This document shows, one piece after another, positions 29,335 through 39,161 of a DNA stretch of 64,000 nt. The stretch is from an uncultured bacterium (GTDB lineage: Bacteria; Krumholzibacteriota; Krumholzibacteriia; Krumholzibacteriales; Krumholzibacteriaceae). Numbering within the stretch: the first letter of the stretch is position 1; each line of letters opens with the position of its first letter. Made by a program: the position numbers and the translations under genes. The stretch covers positions 64,001 to 128,000 of the forward strand of contig CAWFAD010000012.1 in the NCBI GenBank assembly GCA_963813815.1. Direction: 5' to 3'. The notes beneath the pieces were generated by a model. It saw only the letters and a program-made list of their open reading frames with translations. It was not told where the DNA came from and made no database searches.

Positions 29335-29401
29335 CGATCTACCTCCCGGGGTCAATCCCGACTTCGGAACGCTCGCCGCTCCATATCCGATTCGAACGCT
29401 A

Positions 29402-29950
29402 TTATTTCTCGAGGAGCTCCGCCGCGGCCTTCAGCCCCTCGTCGAACGCCTTCATGTTGAGCTCTTCGGTCCCTTTCGGCACGCGGGCGAGAATGGCCTT
29501 GCGGACCGATTCCTCGGACGCGGCCTGCGAGATTTTCGTGAGAATCCCGAGGGCAACGATGTTCGTCACGACCGCCTTGCCGACCTTCTTCAGCGCGATC
29601 TCGGTGATCGGCGCCTCGTAGAGCCGGTAGTCTCCCTTCGGCAGCTCCTTGACGAGCCCCGAATCGACGATGAGAACGCCGCCGGCCTTGAGGTCCCCGC
29701 TGTACTTCGTGCACGAGACCTGCGTGAGCGCGAGCAGCAGATCGAGGTTCAGCACCTTCGGATAATCGATGTCGCCGTCGCTCGTGACGACCTCGGCCTT
29801 GCTCGCCCCGCCGCGCGCCTCGGGGCCGTAGCTCTGCGTCTGCACGGCGTTGCGCCCGTCGTATATCACGACCGCCTCCGCCAGGATCTTGCCCGCGAGG
29901 ATGAGCCCCTGCCCGCCGGAGCCGCTCAGCCTCATTTCATATCTGTCCAT
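29402..29950 (-). CDS. korC: 2-oxoacid:ferredoxin oxidoreductase gamma subunit (operon 1)
   Basis: GSGGQGLILAG and QSYGPEARGGAS motifs. Confidence 0.88.
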   Translation of the reverse strand: MDRYEMRLSGSGGQGLILAGKILAEAVVIYDGRNAVQTQSYGPEARGGASKAEVVTSDGDIDYPKVLNLDLLLALTQVSCTKYSGDLKAGGVLIVDSGLVKELPKGDYRLYEAPITEIALKKVGKAVVTNIVALGILTKISQAASEESVRKAILARVPKGTEELNMKAFDEGLKAAAELLEK

Positions 29951-29968
29951 GCGAAGCTCCTGTTTCCG

Positions 29969-30793
29969 TCAGTCCTTCGATTTCTCGGTTTTCAGCCTTT
30001 GGATGAGCTTGTCGTACTCGGCGCAGAACTCCGGTTTCTCGACGTCCCACAGGACTCCGGACGCGATCTTGCCCACGCGCTCGTCCTCGGCCATCTTGTC
30101 GAGCTTGTCCTTCGTAACGACGTTGTCCTTGAGCCAGTTCATGAGATCGACGGGGTTGGCGAGCTTGTTCCGCCGCCCGTACGCCGTCGGACACGGCGAG
30201 AGGATCTCGACCACGGAGAATCCCTTCTTCGAGAGCGCCGCCGTGATGAGCTTGTCGAGCTGCTGGACGTGGTACACGTCGCCGAGCGCCACGAACGAGG
30301 CCCCCGCCGCCTGCGCGAGCCCCGCGATGTTGAACGACGGCTCGAGGTTCCCGAACGGCGCCGTCGAAGCGTTCTTGCCGCGCGGGGTCGTCGGGGACAC
30401 CTGCCCTCCCGTCATCCCGTAGATGAAGTTGTTGTAGAGGAGCACCGTGAGATCGATGTTGCGTCTCGCCGCATGGATGTAATGGTTCCCGCCGATGGCG
30501 GTCGCGTCCCCGTCCCCCGTCACGACGATCACGTGGAGCTTCGGGCTGGCGAGCTTTACCCCCGTGGCGAAGGCGATCGCGCGCCCGTGCGTCGTATGCA
30601 GCGTGTTGATATCGATGTATCCGGGAGTGCGGCTCGAGCATCCGATCCCCGACACCATCGCGGTCTCGTCCTTCGGGATCCCGAGCTTCTTGAGGGAGCG
30701 GATGAGCGACTTGAGGACGATCCCGTCCCCGCACCCCGAGCACCAGATATGAGGCAGGTTCCGCTCGCGCACGTATTCGAGGTAGTTGAACAT
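29969..30793 (-). CDS. korB: 2-oxoacid:ferredoxin oxidoreductase beta subunit (operon 1)
   Basis: WCSGCGDG, SGIGCS, HTTHGRA, GDGD...IGGNH and YGMTGGQ motifs; start MFNYLEY. Confidence 0.9.
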   Translation of the reverse strand: MFNYLEYVRERNLPHIWCSGCGDGIVLKSLIRSLKKLGIPKDETAMVSGIGCSSRTPGYIDINTLHTTHGRAIAFATGVKLASPKLHVIVVTGDGDATAIGGNHYIHAARRNIDLTVLLYNNFIYGMTGGQVSPTTPRGKNASTAPFGNLEPSFNIAGLAQAAGASFVALGDVYHVQQLDKLITAALSKKGFSVVEILSPCPTAYGRRNKLANPVDLMNWLKDNVVTKDKLDKMAEDERVGKIASGVLWDVEKPEFCAEYDKLIQRLKTEKSKD

Positions 30794-30795
30794 CG

Positions 30796-31942
30796 TCAGA
30801 ACGCCTCCTTGACGGCGTCGACGATCTGTTTCGGGGTGATCGGGTCTCCATCGACGCGGTTCACCCGCCTGATTTCGGCGCGGCATTTCGCCGCGAGCTC
30901 GACCTCGCGCGCCATCTGCCCGAGGTTCATTTCGGCGCAGATGAACGCCTTGACCTTCCCCGCGATATCGAGTATCTCCTCCGCCGGGAACGGCCAGATC
31001 GTCGTCGGCTCGAAGAGACCGACCTTGATTCCCGCCTCGCGGCACTCCTTGACGGCACGCTTCGCGGACCGGGCGACCCCGCCGTACGCGAAGACGCAGA
31101 TCTTCGCGTCATCGAGCTCGAACGTCTTCCAGCGCATGATCTTCGCGCGGTGCCGCTCGATCTTGTCGGTGAGGTGCAGGATGTTCGCCTCGATCTTCTT
31201 CGCGTCGTTCGTCGGGAAGCCCGTTTCGTCATGGCAGAGACCGGTCACGTTGTACCGGTATCCCGTGCCGAAATTCGCGAGAACCGGGATGCCGTCCTCG
31301 TTCTTCGCGTACGGGAGATACTTGCCGGGGAGGAACGGACGGCTGCTTGCGATTGACGATCCGGACGCTCGAGTGGTCAGGGAGGTACATCCGCTCCGTC
31401 ATGTGGCCGACGATCTCGTCGAAGAGCAGTATGACGGGGGTCATGTACGTCTCGGCGAGGTTGAACGCCTCGATCGTCTGCTCGAACATCTCTTGCGCCG
31501 AGGATGCGGTGAGGGCGATGACGCCGTGGTCCCCGTGGCTTCCCCACCGGGCCTGCTGCATGTCCATCTGGGCGGGAAGGGTCGGCGTGCCGGTGTCGGG
31601 CCGCCCCGCTGCACGTCGACGACGACGCACGGCACCTCCGCCATGACCGGCGTGCCCGAGATTCTCCTGCTTGAGGCTGAAGCCGGGACCCGAGGTCGCC
31701 GTGAGCGCCTTGGCCCCGGTGAGCGAGGCTCCGATGACGGCGCCCATCGCCGCGATCTCGTCCTCCATCTGGATGAATTTCCCCCCGACCCGCGGAAGCT
31801 TCCTCACGAGGTACTCCGCGATCTCGGAGCTCGGGGTGATCGGATACCCGGCGAAGAAGCGGCAGCCGGCCCAGATCGCCCCTTCGGCGCAGGCGTCGTT
31901 CCCCTGCATCATGACCACCGTGCCGGTCGGACTCTTTGACAA
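30796..31942 (-). CDS. korA: 2-oxoacid:ferredoxin oxidoreductase alpha subunit (operon 1); frameshifted as assembled
   Basis: QGNDACAEGA, AGYPITPSSEI, QMEDEIA and ATSGPGFSL, then MAEVPCVVVDVQRGGP, QARWGSHGD and TGLCHDE...AEMNLGQ in different frames (shifts near 31650, 31600 and 31320). TTG start with an AAGGAG RBS. Confidence 0.85.
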
Positions 31943-32054
31943 CGCCGTCGTCTCCTTTTTCGGGTCGCCCCGCCGCGGGGACGCCCCCATACCCGTCTCG
32001 ACTCCCCGGGGACGGCGAGGGGCAAAAAAATAAGGACCCCCTCGCGGAGAGTCC

Positions 32055-32273
32055 TCATTCAACCGTTATAGCGAAATCAGGACACCTGAGCTCGCACAGG
32101 TTGCACTTGATGCAGTCATCGGGTCGTGCAACCTTGACCTTGCCGCCCTCCATCTCGAGGACGGCCTTGGGGCAAAAGGCCACGCAGATCTCGCACCCCT
32201 TGCACCACTTCAGGTTGACCTTTATTATCGCTTTCTTTTTTTCTGCAGCCTGGCTCTCGGCCACCCCGACCAC
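32055..32273 (-). CDS. korD: 2x4Fe-4S ferredoxin / oxidoreductase delta subunit (operon 1)
   Basis: WCKGCEICVAFCP and CIKCNLCELRCPDFAI motifs. Confidence 0.88.
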   Translation of the reverse strand: MVGVAESQAAEKKKAIIKVNLKWCKGCEICVAFCPKAVLEMEGGKVKVARPDDCIKCNLCELRCPDFAITVE

Positions 32274-32447
32274 TTCCGATCAGGTTCTATGCAAGCGCTT
32301 GAAAAGCGATTTATCCCGTGAAAGGTACGGTCTGAAATTGGAACGAATATATACCACCCCTCGTTTCAATGGCAAGCCTTTTTGGGCCTATAGCAGACTT
32401 TTTTCAGGATACTGGAAGGGATTCGGGCGTCTTTTTCGGCCATTTCC

Positions 32448-32476
32448 TTGACGTAAGAGGCGTTCTTTCATATTAT
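32448..32476 (+). promoter_or_regulatory. Sigma70-type promoter TTGACG-17-TATTAT, 6 nt before the ATG at 32483 (leaderless)
   Basis: Read directly from 32448-32485; there is no Shine-Dalgarno between the -10 and the ATG. Confidence 0.6.
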
Positions 32477-32482
32477 TCACGC

Positions 32483-32701
32483 ATGCATTCGATCAAGTTG
32501 CGCACGGAATGGTGCAAGGCGTGCAAGATCTGCATCCAGATCTGCCCGCGCCAGGTCTACGTACAGGGGAAGGACCTCAACGCAAAAGGATACAAGGTCA
32601 CGAAGGTCGAGAAGCTCGAGGAGTGCACGGGATGCAAGCTCTGCGAGCTCATGTGCCCCGATCTCGTGATCACCGTCGAAGATGCCGAAAAAAACGGATA
32701 A
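32483..32701 (+). CDS. korD: 2x4Fe-4S ferredoxin / oxidoreductase delta subunit (operon 2)
   Basis: WCKACKICIQICP and CTGCKLCELMCPDLVI motifs. Confidence 0.88.
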   Translation: MHSIKLRTEWCKACKICIQICPRQVYVQGKDLNAKGYKVTKVEKLEECTGCKLCELMCPDLVITVEDAEKNG

Positions 32702-33815
32702 GGCGCTCATGGCGCCCAAGAAATACTTCATGCAGGGAAACCTCGCCTGCGCCGAGGGAGCGCTCGCGGCTGGGTGCCGATTCTACGCGGGATACCCCAT
32801 CACTCCCTCTTCCGAGATCATGGAGCACCTCGCGCGGCGGATGACCGAGGTCGGGGGAACGTTCGCGCAGATGGAGGACGAGATCGCCTCGATTTGCGCC
32901 GTCATCGGCTCCTCGTGGGGGGGCGTGAAATCGATGACCGCCACCTCGGGCCCCGGCCTTTCCCTCATGATCGAGGGGCTCGGGTACGCCTTCATGACGG
33001 AGACGCCATGCGTCATCATCAACGTGCAGCGGCAGGGCCCCGCCACGGGGAAGGCGACGAGGCCCGGCCAGGGAGACATCATGCAGGCGCGCTGGGGAGC
33101 TCACGGCGACCATCGCGTCATCGCCCTTTCTCCGTGGTCGTGCCAGGAGATGTACGATCTCACGATCGAGTCCTTCAATCTCTCCGAGCGCTACCGGGTC
33201 CCGGTCATACTCCTCGCCGACGAGATCGTCGGACACATCAAGGAGAGCTTCACCGTCCGCCCCGAGGTCGAGACGTTCGATCGCAACCGCGAGGGGGGCA
33301 AGGCGCCGTTCGGAGCCGAGCTCGTCCCCCCGATGCCGGCGTTCGGCGACGGACAGGCGCTCCTCGTGACCGGCTCGACGCATAACGATTGGGGAGTCCG
33401 CAAGGTGTCCGATCCCGACGTGCAGGAGAAACTCACGAAGCGCATCTGCGACAAGATAGACCTCAACCGGCACGAGATCGTGAAGGTCGACCGGCATTTC
33501 ACCGAGGATTGCGACACGCTGCTCATCGCCTTCGGCATCACGGCGCGCAGCGCCTACTACGCGGCGCGCGCGCTCCGGAGCGAGGGGCGCCGGGTCGGCC
33601 TGCTGCGCCCGATCAGCATCTGGCCGCTCCCCGAGGACGAGATCAGGGCCGCCGCCGAAACGGCCTCCCGGGTGATCGTCTGCGAGATGAACCAGGGACA
33701 GCTCGTTCACGAGGTCGAACGGCTCCTCTGCGGAAAGGAGATCGCGGGGCTTTTCAAGAGCCGCGGCGAACCGATCTACCCTCAGGAGATCATCGCAAAG
33801 GTGGTGGCGCAGTGA
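32682..33815 (+). CDS. korA: 2-oxoacid:ferredoxin oxidoreductase alpha subunit (operon 2)
   Basis: QGNLACAEGA, AGYPITPSSEI, QMEDEIAS, ATSGPGLSL, QARWGAHGD and CEMNQGQ motifs. Confidence 0.9.
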   Translation: MPKKTDKALMAPKKYFMQGNLACAEGALAAGCRFYAGYPITPSSEIMEHLARRMTEVGGTFAQMEDEIASICAVIGSSWGGVKSMTATSGPGLSLMIEGLGYAFMTETPCVIINVQRQGPATGKATRPGQGDIMQARWGAHGDHRVIALSPWSCQEMYDLTIESFNLSERYRVPVILLADEIVGHIKESFTVRPEVETFDRNREGGKAPFGAELVPPMPAFGDGQALLVTGSTHNDWGVRKVSDPDVQEKLTKRICDKIDLNRHEIVKVDRHFTEDCDTLLIAFGITARSAYYAARALRSEGRRVGLLRPISIWPLPEDEIRAAAETASRVIVCEMNQGQLVHEVERLLCGKEIAGLFKSRGEPIYPQEIIAKVVAQ

Positions 33816-34570
33816 GCTCGCATCTCTACCGGTATCTGCGCGAAGAGGTCTTTCCGACGCCGTTCTGCCCCGGGTGCGGGCACGGCATTCTGCTCGGCGC
33901 CGTGACGCGCGCCATCGACGAGCTCGGGCTCGACATGAAGAGAATAGTGTTCGTCTCGGGCATCGGGTGCGCGGCATGGATCCCCTCTCCCCATTTCAAG
34001 GCGGACACGCTCCACACCCTCCACGGACGGGCGGTCGCCTTCGCGAACGGGCTCAAGCGCTCCCGCCCCGATCTCAAGGTCATCGTGATCTCCGGCGACG
34101 GGGATCTCGCCGCGATCGGCGGAAATCATCTGATTCACGCGGCGCGCCGGAACGTTCCGCTCACCGTCATCTGCGCCAACAACAGCATCTACGGAATGAC
34201 CGGCGGGCAGCAGTCTCCGACCACGCCGTACGGCGCCTTCAGCGAGACGACCCCCAAGGGAAATCCCGAGAAACCGTTCGATCTGTGCCGTCTCATGAAG
34301 GCCTGCGATGCGCCGTTCGTGGCCCGTCAGACGGTGTATCACGTACGGCCGCTCATCAAGATCATCAAGAAGGCGCTCACGACGGAGGGATTCGCGTTCG
34401 TCGACGTCGTGTCCCCGTGCCCGACGCAGTTCGGGCGCAAGAACAAGCTCGCGGGCGGCTACGAGATGCTCATGGATCTCAAGGAGCGCGCGATTCAATA
34501 CGAGAAGGCGAAGGCGCTTCCCAAAGAGGAGCTTCAACAGAGGATCGTAACCGGTGAATTCAACGATTGA
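33812..34570 (+). CDS. korB: 2-oxoacid:ferredoxin oxidoreductase beta subunit (operon 2)
   Basis: FCPGCGHG, SGIGC, HTLHGRA, GDGD...IGGNH and YGMTGGQ motifs; GTGA overlap with the alpha gene. Confidence 0.9.
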   Translation: MSSHLYRYLREEVFPTPFCPGCGHGILLGAVTRAIDELGLDMKRIVFVSGIGCAAWIPSPHFKADTLHTLHGRAVAFANGLKRSRPDLKVIVISGDGDLAAIGGNHLIHAARRNVPLTVICANNSIYGMTGGQQSPTTPYGAFSETTPKGNPEKPFDLCRLMKACDAPFVARQTVYHVRPLIKIIKKALTTEGFAFVDVVSPCPTQFGRKNKLAGGYEMLMDLKERAIQYEKAKALPKEELQQRIVTGEFND

Positions 34571-35111
34571 AATCAAGCTGACCGGCAAGGGCGGCCAGGG
34601 AGTCGTCTCCGCCGGCGAGATTCTCGCGTACGCGGCCGTTCTCGACGGCAAGGAAGCGAGCGCGGTGGCGGCCTACGGCTCCGAGGCCCGCGGCGGCGCC
34701 GTGAGCTCGGACGTCGTCATCGGCGATACCGAGGTCCCCGCCCCCTTCGTCATCAAACCGACGTACGTGCTGGCGATGTCGAAGGAAGGATACGCCGCGG
34801 CAGCCAAAATCCTCGCCGCCGATACGAAGGTCATCTACGACGCGACGACCATCAAGGACGCCCCGCGCGACGCGAACCACTTCCCCGTTCCCGCCGCCGA
34901 AATCGCCGCGAAGGTCGGCAACCCCGTCACGATCAACATGGTGCTCCTCGGCGCCTTCGCGGCGATCACCGCCGTGGTGAAGCGCGAAAGCATCGAAACG
35001 GTCGTGAAGGAGAAAATGAAGCCCGAAGCGGCCGCGCTCAACGTCAAGGCGCTCGCGGAGGGGTATGAAACGGGAAAGGGGCTTCTCGAGAAGCCCCCCG
35101 CCTCGAATTGA
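34554..35111 (+). CDS. korC: 2-oxoacid:ferredoxin oxidoreductase gamma subunit (operon 2)
   Basis: GKGGQGVVSAG, YGSEARGG and NMVLLGA motifs. Confidence 0.88.
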   Translation: MNSTIEIKLTGKGGQGVVSAGEILAYAAVLDGKEASAVAAYGSEARGGAVSSDVVIGDTEVPAPFVIKPTYVLAMSKEGYAAAAKILAADTKVIYDATTIKDAPRDANHFPVPAAEIAAKVGNPVTINMVLLGAFAAITAVVKRESIETVVKEKMKPEAAALNVKALAEGYETGKGLLEKPPASN

Positions 35112-35147
35112 TCTATCGAATCCGCGCCCGGAATCAATGCAAATTTC

Positions 35148-35223
35148 TGGAGCTGGCGATCGGAATTGAACCGATGACCTGCGCATTACGAGTGCGCTGC
35201 TCTACCAGCTGAGCTACGCCAGC
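35148..35223 (-). tRNA. tRNA-Thr (CGT)
   Basis: The reverse complement GCTGGCGTAGCTCAGCTGGTAGAGCAGCGCACTCGTAATGCGCAGGTCATCGGTTCAATTCCGATCGCCAGCTCCA folds as a cloverleaf with anticodon CGT and an encoded CCA. Confidence 0.95.
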
Positions 35224-35261
35224 TCCGTAACGTATCAATATAGAGGGCAATCCGAACGTTT

Positions 35262-36677
35262 TCAAGCACTATTTCTCGCGAACCGCCCCTTCAGCGGAAA
35301 AGAGGGGAGCGAGCGCTCGACGTCGTCGGCGGCGTAGAGGAGAGCGGTTCCCTTGACGATGAGATCGTATTTCGAACGAACGACCGAATACGAGCTCTGA
35401 ACGTAGACGGCCCGGGCCTGCAGAAGCTCGAGCAGCGTCGAGAGACCGAGCCGGTATCGCTCCTCGTAGTTCAGAAGCGCCTGTTCCGCATAGACGAGCT
35501 GGGCCTTGGACACATCGGTCGTTTTCCGCGCCGTCTCGTAGTCGGCGAGCGCCTGCGCCGCCTCGATGCGGGCGCGCAGCTCCAGCGCTTCGAGGCCGAT
35601 CTCTGAGCGCCGCAGACCGATCTTCGCCTGCGATACGCTGTTCCTCGTCTGAAAGCGATCGAAGAGGGGGAAACTCGCCGAGATCCCGATCGAGGCGTTG
35701 AGGTTCCGGTCGAGCTGATCGGCGTAATCCCCAGGCGTACCAGAAGGATCGCGGTAGCTCGTTCCGACGCTCGCCGAGAGGCTCAAGCTCGGCCAGTACC
35801 CGGCGCGGCTCACGGCGATCTGCCGCTCGCTCGACTCCTTCACCTTGCGCTGGGCGGCGATATCGGGACGCTTCGAGAGCCCCCCCTCGACGGCGACGCC
35901 GGCGAGGAGGCTGTCGAGACCGGTCATGAGCGCTTCCGCGTCGGGTTCCACGACGGTGCATCCGCCCGCCGGATTGCTCCCCATCGCTTGGAGCAGCTGC
36001 AGCTTGCTGATCTCGAGGCTTCGCCGGGCCTCGAGGAGAGCGGCCTCGGCGTCGGCCACGGCCGCCTGCTGCTGGTAGAGATCAGCCGCCGGGCGCTTGC
36101 CCGCGGCGACGAAGGCGTCGATATGCTCGAGCGAGCGGCGCTGGGAGGTCAGGTTCGCCTCGTTCACGGCGAGTATCTCCTTGTCGAGCACGGCCTGCAT
36201 GAAGCGGACGACGGCGTCGTACAGCACCGATTGCCGCGTCCGGACGTAGCCGAGCTCCTCGGCCTCGAGATCGAGCTTCGCCTGTCTGCGAGAGTTGACC
36301 CTGCTCATGCCGGTGAAGAGGTCGAGGCTCGATGACACCCCGAGGCTCATCGAACGCGACGTCGCGCCCTCGTACCCTTCGAGGAGCGAATCGTACTCCT
36401 TCGCCCAGGATTGGGACGCGTGGGCGGAAAAACCGGCCGACGGGAGAAAGTCATACGCGCTTCTCCGGAGCGCTATTCGGCTCGCCTCCGGGAGCGTGGC
36501 GGCCTGCCGGAGATCGAGATTCGCCCGGAGGGCTTCCGCCACGGCGTCGCCGAGCGTGACGGCGCGCTCCCCGGCGGCGGCTCCCGCGAACCCGAAGCAG
36601 AGAACCGCGGCCGCGGCCGAAACGCGCCGGGCCGCCCCGTGCCTGAACGATGTCGAGAAAAGACGAGCCATACACAC
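35262..36677 (-). CDS. TolC-family outer membrane efflux protein
   Basis: Signal peptide, two OEP repeats (LPSAGFSA; YWPSLSLSAS...SFPLFDRF) and ERYRLGLSTLLELLQA. Confidence 0.85.
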   Translation of the reverse strand: MCMARLFSTSFRHGAARRVSAAAAVLCFGFAGAAAGERAVTLGDAVAEALRANLDLRQAATLPEASRIALRRSAYDFLPSAGFSAHASQSWAKEYDSLLEGYEGATSRSMSLGVSSSLDLFTGMSRVNSRRQAKLDLEAEELGYVRTRQSVLYDAVVRFMQAVLDKEILAVNEANLTSQRRSLEHIDAFVAAGKRPAADLYQQQAAVADAEAALLEARRSLEISKLQLLQAMGSNPAGGCTVVEPDAEALMTGLDSLLAGVAVEGGLSKRPDIAAQRKVKESSERQIAVSRAGYWPSLSLSASVGTSYRDPSGTPGDYADQLDRNLNASIGISASFPLFDRFQTRNSVSQAKIGLRRSEIGLEALELRARIEAAQALADYETARKTTDVSKAQLVYAEQALLNYEERYRLGLSTLLELLQARAVYVQSSYSVVRSKYDLIVKGTALLYAADDVERSLPSFPLKGRFARNSA

Positions 36678-36722
36678 TCCCGTTCCTTCGAAAATCCCCG
36701 CGAGTCGCCCGGATCGTTCCGG

Positions 36723-37130
36723 TCAGTTTTTCCGCTTCCGCCGCTCGAACCGCTCCCGCATCTCAACGATGTTTTCGTCGTAGCGCTCGCGCTGCTCCGG
36801 CGTGAGTATCGTTCTGATGCGCGCCTCCATTTCATCGGCCATCGACCGCACTTCGTCCCGGGAGACGCGGTCGAACTGCTCGAAGCGCGGCCCGAACTCC
36901 TTCACGATTGCGTCGAGCTGCGTGCGCTGGTCCGCGTCGAGGTCCAGATTGCCCGTGAGCCGCCCGGCGACCATTTCATGGATGGGCGGGCGATCGTGTC
37001 TCATGATGTGAATCACGTGATTGCGGATCAGCACCGCCGTCACGAGCCCCCCGACGATGATGCCGGCGGCGAAAACGGCGACCACCGCGGTCCAGGCCTT
37101 TCTGCCGCCCTTCGTAATGCCATCGCTCAT
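36723..37130 (-). CDS. Membrane-anchored Spy/CpxP-like helical periplasmic protein
   Basis: N-terminal TM (VVAVFAAGIIVGGLV), LDLDADQ and ILTPEQ (LTxxQ) motifs. Confidence 0.6.
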   Translation of the reverse strand: MSDGITKGGRKAWTAVVAVFAAGIIVGGLVTAVLIRNHVIHIMRHDRPPIHEMVAGRLTGNLDLDADQRTQLDAIVKEFGPRFEQFDRVSRDEVRSMADEMEARIRTILTPEQRERYDENIVEMRERFERRKRKN

Positions 37131-37153
37131 ACCAATCCCTCCCGGTGACGGGC

Positions 37154-37459
37154 TCACATCAGAAAGCCGACCGGATCCTCGAGAAACCGCATCGCGAGAT
37201 CCCCGTAGTCGACGAACCCTTGGTTCAAAGCGTAGATTAGAAGCGCGATCGCCGCGCACGCCGCGATCGCCGACAAGCGCCACGCGAACCGCGCCACGAA
37301 CGCTTCCTGCGTCGCGCCGCTCATGGCGAGCGAGCGCCCGCGAACGTCCGTCATGACGGCGGCGCGCCATTGCCCGCCGGGCGTGATCCGTCCGCGCCCT
37401 CGCCGCTCGGCGAAGAGCGTTCTCTCGAGCGCCTCGAGCGATTCCTTCCTCGGTTTCAT
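37154..37459 (-). CDS. Small single-TM protein, probable anti-sigma factor
   Basis: Overlaps the sigma stop codon (ATGA); one TM segment (LSAIAACAAIALLIYAL). Confidence 0.55.
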   Translation of the reverse strand: MKPRKESLEALERTLFAERRGRGRITPGGQWRAAVMTDVRGRSLAMSGATQEAFVARFAWRLSAIAACAAIALLIYALNQGFVDYGDLAMRFLEDPVGFLM

Positions 37460-38085
37460 GGGCGTCCTTTCCGGTCCTCGAGCATTTCCTCGAGAATTCC
37501 GCGAAGCTTTCGCCGCGCGCGCAACGCGCGCACCTTGACGTTCCCCGCGCTCCATCCGAGCACGGCGGCGGCCTCCTTCACAGGCCGCTCCTCTATATGA
37601 ACGATTTCAATCACCATTCGGTCCTCCGGAGAGAGCCGGGAAAGCGCCCGATCGAGCAGCTCCCGCGCGTGCCGCGCGGATTCCGCCCGGTCGAGGAGCG
37701 CCATCGAGCGCTCGGAGGCGGCCACGTCCATCCAGCGGCGCTCCTCGTCGCCGAGCGCGCTCTCTTCCCGGTCGCGCCGCCGGTAACGCTCCCGCCAGTA
37801 GTCGTAGCATGCCCTCGTGGCGATCCGTGACAGCCATCCGGCGAAATTCCCCCTCCCCCGATACGACGAGAGAGATAGATAAGCTCGGACGAACGCCTCG
37901 TGGGCGACCTCCTCGACGTCCTCCCGCGGGACGTGCCGCGCCGCGATGGCGAACACCGCGTCCTCGTGCCGCTCGACGAGCAGCTCGAATGCGTCGACGT
38001 CGCCGCCCGCGACGAGCTCGATGATCTCGGCGTCGCTCCGGACGAGGGACTCCTTTTTCATGCGCAGAACGTTACTCGCTGCCAT
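37456..38085 (-). CDS. ECF-family RNA polymerase sigma factor
   Basis: GDVDAFELLVERH, VEEVAHEAFVRAY, FAGWLSRIA and EAAAVLGWSAGNVKVRALRAR motifs. Confidence 0.9.
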   Translation of the reverse strand: MAASNVLRMKKESLVRSDAEIIELVAGGDVDAFELLVERHEDAVFAIAARHVPREDVEEVAHEAFVRAYLSLSSYRGRGNFAGWLSRIATRACYDYWRERYRRRDREESALGDEERRWMDVAASERSMALLDRAESARHARELLDRALSRLSPEDRMVIEIVHIEERPVKEAAAVLGWSAGNVKVRALRARRKLRGILEEMLEDRKGRP

Positions 38086-38261
38086 CGCACCATGTCCACT
38101 CGTTACTGGCCTTCCACCGAACTCGTCGCTCCCGGGCGGACTTTGGTTACAGCGTACCGGCCTTCCGAAGCCCGCGCGCGGCCGGGGAGTGTAACCGGGC
38201 CGCGGCTTCGGCCGACGATATGGCCGTACCCCGGCTTTTCCCCCGAAGGAGGAATACGGAC

Positions 38262-39161
38262 ATGAGAATGCACCGTGCGCTGGCGCTCCTCGCGGCCGCC
38301 GGCGCGCTCGCGGCGCTCGCCCCCTCGAGCGGAAGCGCGGACCCCACCTATGAGAGCAATCGATGCGATCGCGCCATCACGATCGACGGAGAGGCGACCG
38401 AGTGGGCGGGCCGGGAAGCGCGCTACGACGAGGAGGACGGCTACAAGCTCGGCTTCTTCAACGACGAGGAATACCTCTACGTGTACTTCGCCACTTGGAA
38501 TCTCTCGACGCAGCAGCGCGTGCTCACGAGCGGCCTCACCGTCTGGCTCGACGGCGGCGGCAAGAAGAAGAAAACCTTCGGAATCAACTATCCGCGCGGC
38601 CGCGACCGGGGTCCCGGGAGCGGATTCCCGGCGGCCGACGGCGCCGCTCCCGGCGAAATACCTCGCGAGGCGCGCGGCGAGGCGCCGCGCTCGATGCAAC
38701 GCCCCGGAGCGAATCCGGATCCGGCGAAGCTCGCGGCCCTTCTCAACGAAACGCAGGCCGAGGCGCTGCTCAAGAGCCCGGCCGGCGATTCGGTCCTGCT
38801 CCTCTCTCCTGCCGACAGCTCCGCCGCGGGGCTTCGGGCGATGCTCCGGGCGAGAAGCAGGCTCCTCGTCATAGAGCTTCGCGTGCCCCTCGATCCGGGC
38901 GCGGCTTCGCCCTACGCGCTTCATGCGGTTCCGGGACGAACCATCAGCGTCGGATTCGAAACGGGCACGATGGAGAGACCGAAATTGACGCGCCCGCAGG
39001 GCATGCCGGAGGACGATCAAACGGGCGGAGGAATGCCTCCCGGCGGAGGCGGCAATGCCCCCGGGGGCGGCATGTTTCCCGGCGGAGGCGCGGGGGGTCC
39101 CGGGGGAATGGGCGCGCCCGAAGGGCTCAAGCTCTGGGTCAAGGTCAAGCTCGCTCCGTAG
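38262..39161 (+). CDS. Secreted hypothetical protein (CBM9/DOMON-like start IDGxxxEW; Gly/Pro/Met-rich C-terminal tract)
   Basis: AGGAGG RBS, signal peptide, ITIDGEATEW...NDEEYLYV...GLTVWLD and a GGMPPGGGG tract. Confidence 0.7.
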   Translation: MRMHRALALLAAAGALAALAPSSGSADPTYESNRCDRAITIDGEATEWAGREARYDEEDGYKLGFFNDEEYLYVYFATWNLSTQQRVLTSGLTVWLDGGGKKKKTFGINYPRGRDRGPGSGFPAADGAAPGEIPREARGEAPRSMQRPGANPDPAKLAALLNETQAEALLKSPAGDSVLLLSPADSSAAGLRAMLRARSRLLVIELRVPLDPGAASPYALHAVPGRTISVGFETGTMERPKLTRPQGMPEDDQTGGGMPPGGGGNAPGGGMFPGGGAGGPGGMGAPEGLKLWVKVKLAP

